The notes under the pieces: model-generated
Seen by the model: the letters and a program-made list of their open reading frames with translations, nothing else
What the model was told of the DNA's origin: nothing
The model's database searches: none
NCBI GenBank assembly: GCA_964607765.1
Contig: CAZSNT010000012.1
Location: 22,194-86,193, forward strand
DNA: 64,000 nt
From: an uncultured Victivallales bacterium
Lineage (GTDB): Bacteria; Verrucomicrobiota; Lentisphaeria; Oligosphaerales; JABHEG01
Direction of reading: 5' to 3'
Program-made: the position numbers and the translations under genes
Shown: positions 45,697 through 53,445 of the stretch, one piece after another
How the letters are laid out: each line of letters opens with the position of its first letter
Position numbering within the stretch: position 1 is the stretch's first letter

Positions 45697-45840
45697 GTTC
45701 GGCCTCCTGTTGCCGACGTTCTCGGAGAGATGAAGACTATGACCTCTCTTACCGTGGGGCCAAGTGGCGCGCAACACAATGTACCGGTTCATTGCTTTTG
45801 CGCAGTTCGTTATTGCGAGAAGGAAGTGGCCGTGAGCGTA

Positions 45841-46971
45841 TCAGCCCACGCGGTGCTGTTCGCGGTAGGCGCTGGCCGACAGGTTGGTCTCGCGCTTGAG
45901 CGCAGTGCCGAGGTTGGTGCTGTTGCTGTAGCCGCAGGCGTGCGCGATGGTGTCGATCTTGGCATCGGTGTCGAGCAGCATGCGCTTGGCATGACGTAGT
46001 CGCAGGCGCCGCAACTCCGCGCCCGGGCCGCGTCCGATCACCCGTTTGAAGGCCTCCTGCAAGCCACGGTACGATATGCCGGCGATCGGCTCCAGATCCC
46101 TCAAACAGAGGGGCTCGCCGAAATGCTCGCGCAAGTGTCGCAACGCCCGCGACACGCCGGGGTGCGACACAGCCACCACATCGGTGCTCTGGCGGCGAAC
46201 CACGCCGGCGGGCGCCACGAGCAGGGGCTCGGCGTCCGGGCCGATGGTCCCCGCCATGTACTGCTGCAGCCGCTCAGCGGCTCGATAGCCCAACTCTTCC
46301 TGGCGGGTGTCAATACTGGAAAGCGGAATCCGAAGACACTCACAAACAAACTCGATGTTGTCCGTGCCCAGAACGGCCACTTCCTCCGGCACCCGAATCC
46401 CGCGACTCGCACAGACCTCCACCAGTTCCGCGGCCAGGTTCTCCTGCCCGCAGTAGATCCCCACGGGGCGCGGCAATCCGGTCAGCAAGCCATGGACGGC
46501 CTCCTCATACTCAGGCCAGTGGTTGCGCAGTCTGTCTGCCGGAGTCATCAGCGAAAAGACACCCTCCTCGGCCACGCCCCGAGCGCGTAGCGCCGCGGCG
46601 AACGCACGCCCACGCACGGTCGACGCCCAGACTCCCTTCTGCCCGAAAAACGCGAACGTGCGGAATCCGCACCCCAGCAGATGCTCCGCCGCCTGCTGCC
46701 CGACCGCCTCGTTGTCCACCAGCACACGGGGCACGGGGATCGGCATCGTCACCGGTGTCAGATCCACACAGGGCATGTTCAGACCGACGATCAGTTTGGC
46801 CAGCCGTCGGTCGTAGCTGACAATCGCGCCGTCGCCCTCCCACCCGCCCAATACCTGCGGTGTGAACAGCATCTGCGTGGACAAGTGCCAGTCGTGCTCC
46901 GCGGCGTATCGCGCGATGCCACGCACAATCCGGTAGTCCCCCCACCCCAGAGCGATTAGAACGCTGCGCAT
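45841..46971 (-). CDS. XylR-like AraC-family transcriptional regulator (periplasmic-binding-protein-like sensor + HTH)
   Basis: ORF 45841..46989 with likely ATG 46971 (GGGAGAGGAAG upstream). Sugar-binding-fold N-domain. The C-terminal AraC HTH reads LRDLEPIAGISYRGLQEAFKRVIG...IDTIAHACGYSNSTNLGTALKRETNLSASAYRE. Confidence 0.8.
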   Translation of the reverse strand: MRSVLIALGWGDYRIVRGIARYAAEHDWHLSTQMLFTPQVLGGWEGDGAIVSYDRRLAKLIVGLNMPCVDLTPVTMPIPVPRVLVDNEAVGQQAAEHLLGCGFRTFAFFGQKGVWASTVRGRAFAAALRARGVAEEGVFSLMTPADRLRNHWPEYEEAVHGLLTGLPRPVGIYCGQENLAAELVEVCASRGIRVPEEVAVLGTDNIEFVCECLRIPLSSIDTRQEELGYRAAERLQQYMAGTIGPDAEPLLVAPAGVVRRQSTDVVAVSHPGVSRALRHLREHFGEPLCLRDLEPIAGISYRGLQEAFKRVIGRGPGAELRRLRLRHAKRMLLDTDAKIDTIAHACGYSNSTNLGTALKRETNLSASAYREQHRVG

Positions 46972-46999
46972 CGGCTTCCTCTCCCGCATGGAAAGAACG

Positions 47000-48388
47000 C
47001 TACCCGCGCTTCTTCCAGACGATGCTCTCGACGGTGACCGGCATATCCCAGGACTGGGGTGGCTGGGGTTCTCCGAGCGGGTCGGCGTCCTGTGCCGGCC
47101 AGGTGGGGATCAGCTTCTCGAACTTTGCCCTCGACGCCAGTGCCGCCGCGCTCTCGGCGCCCGTGATGTCGGTGGTCTCCTCCGGGTCTTCTTTCAAATC
47201 GATCAGCTTCTCCGGCTGTCGATCGGGACCGACGTAGAGCTTGTAGCGTTCATCGCGGACCACGCGGTCCCGGAAGAACCACTCGTTCTCCACACCGCGG
47301 TCACTGACCTTGGCGTTGTTCTGCCCGCCCATGGCCAGGATCCACTCACGCGCCGTCCGGGAGGTCTCGCCGCGCAGGTAGGCCGCGACGGACGTGCCGT
47401 CCACTTTGTCTGCTCCGGGAACGGGTTGGCCGGCCAGGTCCGCAAAGGTCGGGACCATGTCAGTGAAGTCGATCAGCGCTTCGCTGACGCGTCCGGGCGG
47501 AATGGTCCCGGGCCAGCTGGCCACAAAGGGGATATTCACTCCCGGCTCGACCGTCTTGCCCTTGCCGCCGCGCACGAGCCGCTCACTGATGTGGCCGCGG
47601 ATCTGTCCCGCGGTCCCGTTGTCGGCCGTGAAGATCACGAGCGTCTCCTCGCGGATGCCCATCTCGTCCAGGGCCTCTACGAGACGCCCGACAAGGTAGT
47701 CGGAGTACCGGACCATGGCCTTGTGCTTGTCCAGTTTTGTCTCGACATCCGGTTCGTGGGGCGTGGTGGTGAACGGTGTGTGCGTCAGCACCATGGGGTA
47801 GTAGATGAAGAACGGGTTGCCGGCAGCGCTCTGCTTGCGCGCGAAGTCGATCGCGTATTCGGAGAAGATGTCCGGGCCGAACGCTCCCGGGTAAGTCTGT
47901 GCAGGGCGGTCCCTGGTGACGATGTACGGATCCCAGTAGCGCTCGGCGCTGGGCGGATTGCCGGTCTCGTAACCGGTCCACATGCACCAGTCGTCGAACC
48001 CGGCGTTGTGCATGGCGTCCGGCTCGATGCGGAAGTCGTTGATCTGCCACTTGCCGACCGCCGCGGTCGCGTATCCTGCTCCGCGCATCATCAACCCCAG
48101 ATTGCAGGGATAGGCCTCGACATCATACCGGGCCGTTCCCCAGCGCGGCACGTCCCAGTGATTGACCCAGCCGTTGCGGTAGGGGTATTGCCCGGTCAGC
48201 AGGCACATCCGCGACGGCGTGCACTGCGGCATGCTGTAGACGTTCTCGAAACGCACGCCCCCGGCAGCCAGGGCGGCGATGTTCGGTGTCTCGATGTCCG
48301 TTGCGCCGTAGCAGTCGATCCACTCCTTGCCCAAGTCGTCAAGGAGGATGAAGACGATGTTCGGTTTCGACATTGCTTTCCCTGTCAC
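47000..48388 (-). CDS. Cys-type sulfatase without signal peptide
   Basis: 462-aa ORF. The GTG at 48388 overlaps the upstream TGA (GTGA); the alternative start is ATG 48373. Blocks SKPNIVFILLDD and QCTPSRMCLLTG. Confidence 0.85.
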   Translation of the reverse strand: MTGKAMSKPNIVFILLDDLGKEWIDCYGATDIETPNIAALAAGGVRFENVYSMPQCTPSRMCLLTGQYPYRNGWVNHWDVPRWGTARYDVEAYPCNLGLMMRGAGYATAAVGKWQINDFRIEPDAMHNAGFDDWCMWTGYETGNPPSAERYWDPYIVTRDRPAQTYPGAFGPDIFSEYAIDFARKQSAAGNPFFIYYPMVLTHTPFTTTPHEPDVETKLDKHKAMVRYSDYLVGRLVEALDEMGIREETLVIFTADNGTAGQIRGHISERLVRGGKGKTVEPGVNIPFVASWPGTIPPGRVSEALIDFTDMVPTFADLAGQPVPGADKVDGTSVAAYLRGETSRTAREWILAMGGQNNAKVSDRGVENEWFFRDRVVRDERYKLYVGPDRQPEKLIDLKEDPEETTDITGAESAAALASRAKFEKLIPTWPAQDADPLGEPQPPQSWDMPVTVESIVWKKRG

Positions 48389-49452
48389 TGTTGATCCTGT
48401 TTCAGCAGTTCGACCATCGCCTGGCCCATGGCTTCGCCGACGTTCATATAGGTTTCGGCATTGCCGCCGTAGTGGCCGCCGGAACTGCCGCCTCTGGACA
48501 GCGGGTGCGTGTAAACAGCGGCGACGTTACCTTTGAACTCGGGGTACTTGCCGGACTTGCCGTCGACAGCGAACATGGCATCGAGGACTCTCCCCCCACC
48601 GTCAGTGGCGCCCTTCCTGGTCTGGCCGAGTGTGGCGCAGACGAACTTCGCGTTGGGCGCATTGAAGTCCTTGCGAAGTTGTTTGATGAGAAGAACGAGG
48701 TTCTTCTCGTACCGGCTGGAGAGCGCCGCGCTGCGGCTGTCCCGATCGCCCTGCCACCAGAAAAAGCCGGCGATCTCGTACTCGGTCGCACCGGGGTAGT
48801 GCTTGTCGAGCTCGGCCAGCACCTTCTTCGCTCTGTCAACATCGCCTTCGTATTGCAGGCCCGCGTACCAACCGATCTTCTTCGGCTCCGTGCCTTTCTG
48901 CCAGCGTTCGGGCGAGCCCTTGTAGCCGGGATGGACCCACGTGATGCCTTTGCCGTCCGTGAACTCGAACGACTCGCTTCCGGGCGGCAGCAAGTCCCAC
49001 CCCAGCGCACGATTCCCGATGCAGCTCTTGAGGATCATCACGGGCGCGTCGACGGCATGCCCCACGCTGTGCCCGATCCCGTATTCCGGCCCGATCCTCC
49101 CGCCCTTGATCGTCATCCACTCGTTGTTGAATTTCCGCGTCTTGCCGGGGCCGCCGCTGCCCATTACGCGCACGTTCCGGACATCCTGGCGTACGGTCCA
49201 TGCGCCCGCTTCGTCGACGAGGAACGGATAGAGGCCTTTCGCTTTCACCGCGTGCTCGAGCGACCCGTCACCGCCCTTGACCTTGCCGGCGCCCACCATG
49301 TTCGACTGCCCGAGTAGAATGAAGACCTTCACCGGCTTGGTCATATCGGCCGGCTTGCCGTCCGGATCAGGCAGCTCCGCCTGCAGGCAGGGCACGGTCA
49401 CGAAAAGGCCGAGAAGCGCGGCCACGAGGGGCATTGTGTTTCTCATGTTCAT
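48385..49452 (-). CDS. SASA-family (DUF303) carbohydrate esterase, exported
   Basis: 355-aa ORF. Signal MNMRNTMPLVAALLGLFVTVPCLQA. Blocks LLGQSNMVG and FFWWQGDRD. Paralog of 7244..8407. Its ATG overlaps the upstream TGA. Confidence 0.7.
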   Translation of the reverse strand: MNMRNTMPLVAALLGLFVTVPCLQAELPDPDGKPADMTKPVKVFILLGQSNMVGAGKVKGGDGSLEHAVKAKGLYPFLVDEAGAWTVRQDVRNVRVMGSGGPGKTRKFNNEWMTIKGGRIGPEYGIGHSVGHAVDAPVMILKSCIGNRALGWDLLPPGSESFEFTDGKGITWVHPGYKGSPERWQKGTEPKKIGWYAGLQYEGDVDRAKKVLAELDKHYPGATEYEIAGFFWWQGDRDSRSAALSSRYEKNLVLLIKQLRKDFNAPNAKFVCATLGQTRKGATDGGGRVLDAMFAVDGKSGKYPEFKGNVAAVYTHPLSRGGSSGGHYGGNAETYMNVGEAMGQAMVELLKQDQQ

Positions 49453-52400
49453 TCTTCTTCTCCTCTTGTCAGGACCCGGACGGGGCCGAACAGGCCCGAT
49501 GTCGGCTCGCCGCGATACAGCGAGGGAATGGTCTGGTAATGGTTGGCCAGCGTGTTGTAGACTAGTACCTCGAGATCGTTCTCGCCAGGTTCAAGCAGCC
49601 CGGCCACATCGAACGTCCACGGTGGCGCGGGGCGCACCCCGGCCTTCTGCCCGTTCACGCTGACTTCGGCTGTGGCGACTACGCGGCCCAGGTCGAGCGT
49701 GAGGTCGCCTCGCGCTTGCTCCGCGGTCAGCGTGACCGTCGTGCGGTACCGTACGCCGCCGGAGTAGTTGTTCAGCACGCCGAGCTCCGCCCAGTCGCCG
49801 AGAGGCATGATGCCGCTGCCGCTGGTCTCAACCGCGATCGGCTCGGGGATCGCCGCGCCGCCGCTGCGACCGGTGCGTGGCGACAGGCGCAGAGCGACAA
49901 CAGCCGCGGTCTCGACGGGGCGCCGGGCTTCGAACCGACCGTTGCCTTTGTCGACCATCGGCTTGCCGTCCAGCCACGCTTGTACCGGCCCCCGAGACTG
50001 TGCCTGGACGTGGATGGCGATGGTCCCCGGGGCGGAGAGGAACCGGAACCACTCCGCGGGCGCTTCACCGGCATACGGGTCGAAGGGAATGACGCCCGGA
50101 TCGTTGTACCATCGCATGGCCAGCCTCTGTCGCTCTGCCGGCAGCGGCGTGTCGTGGCGGCGCAGCACGATGTGGCTCTCGCCATGGTCGTCGTAGCGGA
50201 CCAGCAACGCCGTCAAGCCAGCCTCGAGAGAAACGGGCTGCGTCAGGTCACTGACGCGTTTGCCGCCGATGAACACGGCGGCTGGTGTGTTGACCGGCGA
50301 GGCGTTGGTGGCCGCCGGGGCAGGGGAGCTGACGTGGACGGTCACGGCCGTTGGTTCGGACACGGCAACGCAGCTCCAAAGGTAGTAGCGGCTGCGCGCT
50401 TCCGCGTTCAGCACGGTGGCGCCGCAGACCCGGTTCTCGCGTTCGCCAAGGCGAATGAAGTGGTCGGCAATCGTTCCCTTCAGGCCGTGGAAGCCCTGGT
50501 GGCCAGGATCTCCTTCCCGGCCGTAACGCCAGGAAAACTCGTACAGCCGCCAGCGGAACGTCCGGCCGTCAACCGTGACAGGCACCGCAGGATCGACGCG
50601 GCCGAGCTTGGCGAGCTCGGCATCCAGCGTCCCAACGTCGACTGTCTCCGGGACTGGCCCGAGCAGGTAGAACTGCGGGCCGTGGCCATGCAGTTGTGTC
50701 TCCCAGGCAGAGTCGTCCGTCGTCGGTAGCATTGCGGAGTTCGCAAGCTCCGCTGTTTCCCGCGCCCAGGCGAACCGCCGCGCCTCCACACCGACCGTTC
50801 CATTCGCCGGCGTGACGGGCAGCCGGAAATCGCCGAACCGGTTATCCATCGTGGGCTCGAACCCAACCCGCCACCTGCTGTCGGTCAGATCCCGCACCAA
50901 CGTCGCTGCCCGCGCCTCGCTCCCAGTTCCTCGCTGCCCGCTCCTCGCTCCCAGTTCCTGTCCTGCATCCCGCATCCTGCATTCGCTCGGTCTTGGCGCG
51001 TCCGGCGTGAAAACCACGATCTGCGCTTCGCAGCGTTCGAGCGGCAGCACGACCTGCGTTCGGGTTGCGGACTCCGCAACAACGCGGAGCGGAGCGACGT
51101 TGCCCGTCCACGCGTCCCAGATCTCGACCCGGCCTTTGGCTCGGAACTCGACCACATCGCCGGGCTCGGCTCCCATCACCAGATACACGTCACGCGGTCC
51201 CACCTTGCGATGCTGCGCCTGAACTGTTCCGTCGACTGCTCGGACATCCTGGACAAAGGCGTCGCGGATCACGTTGACGGCCTCGTCCGTGCTGTTCAGA
51301 CGACGATCCGGTCGGAAGGCCTGCTCGTTCAGCGCCGAGAGTTCTGCGTCGTTGCGTCCCGCGCGGTCCGAGGCGGCCGGCAGCGCGCCAAGTGCCAGGA
51401 CGTTGCCGCCCGCCTGGGCAAAGGCGGCGGCCTTTTCCAGGCTCAGCCAGCGGACCGCGTCCATGTCCGGGAAGACAAGTGCCCTGTAGGAGGCGCCGGC
51501 GTCTTTGACAATCAGTCTGTCCCCTTCCACGACGGCACGCGCCAACGACTGGTGATCGATGAAGTCGAAGTTGATCCCCGCTGCCATGAGTTTCCGGCCG
51601 AGCTCGAACGCGGCGTCGCGCGCCATGTCTGCCGCGGTGTGGCGTCGCGAAGGCGGAGTCCCGTTCAGCTCCGCCTCGTACGGGACGACCGGATAGATCA
51701 CGGCCACGTCGCAGACATGCCGTCCCTGGCTCATCAGATAGGACAGCCGCTCGACGTACTTCAGGAGGCCGCCCATGTGGTTCCAGTAGGGCATGCGGAA
51801 ATGGTAGGAGGGCGGCGCCCATTCCCAGTGCGAGCCGAACGTGGTGGTGTAGAACCCGTGCAGGCTGAGCAGGTTGCAGCCGTAGAGGTAATTCTCGCAG
51901 GTCGCCTTTGTTATCTGTTCGGTGGTGGCGCCCCAGCCCAGACTGTGGTACCCCTCCAGCTGCACCCGGGGCAGTTGATAGAGGCTGGCGATGGACGACG
52001 AGACTTTGCCCTTGATCAGGTCGGCCTTGCCGCCCGGGGTATCGTGTCCGGGCGCCGTGTACCAGCGGATGGCGCGGTAGTAGTCGCCATAGGCGTCCGG
52101 CTCGAGGCCGCGTCCGTGGTTGTCGCAGCCGAAGATGATCCCGCGCGAGGCGTGCCAGCGATAGACGGGCTCGAAGTAGCGCTCCTCCATCAGGCTCATG
52201 CGTACGTCAGCGTAGTCGATGCGTACCTTCGGTGTGATGTCGCCCATGTCCGCCCACATCGCGGGCAGAACTTCCATCAGGTCGTAGCCTTTGCGGCGGC
52301 AGAACTCGGCGAGGAAATCGCCGTTCCAGGCGAGCTTGCCCAGGCCCACTTTGAGCTCGTCGTTGAAGAAGTAATTCAGGTTCGCGCACGACGTGTCGGG

Positions 52401-53123
52401 AGCGTGGTCCTCGAATTTCTGGTAGAAGCCGCGGATGACTGTGTCGCCGGCCCCGGGCATCAGCGAGTTGAGCGTGCCGTCTCTGCGAGCTGCGCCGAAG
52501 GTCCACACTTCCCATTCACCGGCCGGTGCCGTCCAGGCAATCCTGCCGTTCTGGACCAGATGCGTGAGGTCGATGCCGCCTCGCTGCAGCGTCCCATCCC
52601 GTACTTCGTAGGCGCGCGCGGCAAACAGATCGTCAACGCATGGGACAGCGTCCGTCTCGCCGTCGCGCAGGCGCCGCCGTTCGCCTGCGACCAGTTCGAT
52701 CGCGTTCAGTTCCGGCCTGGAGTAGAACAGGCGGCGGAACAGGTTGTCCCCACCGTTTGGCCAGTCGAGCGTGTACGTGCTCAGCCCAATGCCCATGCCG
52801 AGCCTGCCGCATTCCCTCGAGATCCTGCCGTAGACCTGCCACCACGCAGCGGTGAACAGCTCCGGCTCGGCCGTGTCGGTCGGCCATCCGGGTGTATCGT
52901 GGTGCGAGTAGTTGACCTGGAAGCCGCTGATGCCTTTGCTGTGCAGCTCGCGCACCTGCCACAGCATCCGATCCACATCCAGAGCGTCCCCGGACCACCA
53001 CCAGAACGGCACTTCGCCGTACCCCGGCGGCGGCTCCTGGAATCCGGGCAAGGCGTCGAGGTCAGGGGAGCGGTCCGGATAACCCGGCGCGGAAATCGTG
53101 TAGTTCAAGGGAGGTCTGAGCAT
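49449..53123 (-). CDS. GH106-like / glycosylhydrolase jelly-roll protein (putative alpha-L-rhamnosidase-type), no signal peptide
   Basis: ORF 49449..53222 trimmed to ATG 53123. N-terminal block VPFWWWSGDALD...GISGFQVNY. The C-terminal sugar-binding jelly-roll (VSVNGQKAGVRPAPPWTFDV...GENDLEVLVYNTLANHY) resembles GH106-type enzymes. Tentative. Confidence 0.45.
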   Translation of the reverse strand: MLRPPLNYTISAPGYPDRSPDLDALPGFQEPPPGYGEVPFWWWSGDALDVDRMLWQVRELHSKGISGFQVNYSHHDTPGWPTDTAEPELFTAAWWQVYGRISRECGRLGMGIGLSTYTLDWPNGGDNLFRRLFYSRPELNAIELVAGERRRLRDGETDAVPCVDDLFAARAYEVRDGTLQRGGIDLTHLVQNGRIAWTAPAGEWEVWTFGAARRDGTLNSLMPGAGDTVIRGFYQKFEDHAPDTSCANLNYFFNDELKVGLGKLAWNGDFLAEFCRRKGYDLMEVLPAMWADMGDITPKVRIDYADVRMSLMEERYFEPVYRWHASRGIIFGCDNHGRGLEPDAYGDYYRAIRWYTAPGHDTPGGKADLIKGKVSSSIASLYQLPRVQLEGYHSLGWGATTEQITKATCENYLYGCNLLSLHGFYTTTFGSHWEWAPPSYHFRMPYWNHMGGLLKYVERLSYLMSQGRHVCDVAVIYPVVPYEAELNGTPPSRRHTAADMARDAAFELGRKLMAAGINFDFIDHQSLARAVVEGDRLIVKDAGASYRALVFPDMDAVRWLSLEKAAAFAQAGGNVLALGALPAASDRAGRNDAELSALNEQAFRPDRRLNSTDEAVNVIRDAFVQDVRAVDGTVQAQHRKVGPRDVYLVMGAEPGDVVEFRAKGRVEIWDAWTGNVAPLRVVAESATRTQVVLPLERCEAQIVVFTPDAPRPSECRMRDAGQELGARSGQRGTGSEARAATLVRDLTDSRWRVGFEPTMDNRFGDFRLPVTPANGTVGVEARRFAWARETAELANSAMLPTTDDSAWETQLHGHGPQFYLLGPVPETVDVGTLDAELAKLGRVDPAVPVTVDGRTFRWRLYEFSWRYGREGDPGHQGFHGLKGTIADHFIRLGERENRVCGATVLNAEARSRYYLWSCVAVSEPTAVTVHVSSPAPAATNASPVNTPAAVFIGGKRVSDLTQPVSLEAGLTALLVRYDDHGESHIVLRRHDTPLPAERQRLAMRWYNDPGVIPFDPYAGEAPAEWFRFLSAPGTIAIHVQAQSRGPVQAWLDGKPMVDKGNGRFEARRPVETAAVVALRLSPRTGRSGGAAIPEPIAVETSGSGIMPLGDWAELGVLNNYSGGVRYRTTVTLTAEQARGDLTLDLGRVVATAEVSVNGQKAGVRPAPPWTFDVAGLLEPGENDLEVLVYNTLANHYQTIPSLYRGEPTSGLFGPVRVLTRGEEE

Positions 53124-53445
53124 GATTCGCTTGTCTGACGAGGCAGGGGATTGCAGGGAAGGTGTCCGGATGCCGTCGTTCGTTAGTTGCTGGCACGAGG
53201 CTCTGTGTGGGTGTTCGCGCAATGATCATAAGCCGCGTATGATCCGCAGTCAAGCCACGCTCGTCCCCATGAGGGGAGTGGGGCAGGGGGGGGCCTGCGT
53301 GTGGTCCCAGGGGAGACAACATGCATCCCCCTCGCCAACGGCGAGGAACATCGCAGCCCAGGGAGAATCCCTGGGGGATACACGTCATCCCGTCCCTCAC
53401 CCCGCACGCTGAAGGCGTGCAACATCGCCCCGGAACTGATCTCGA

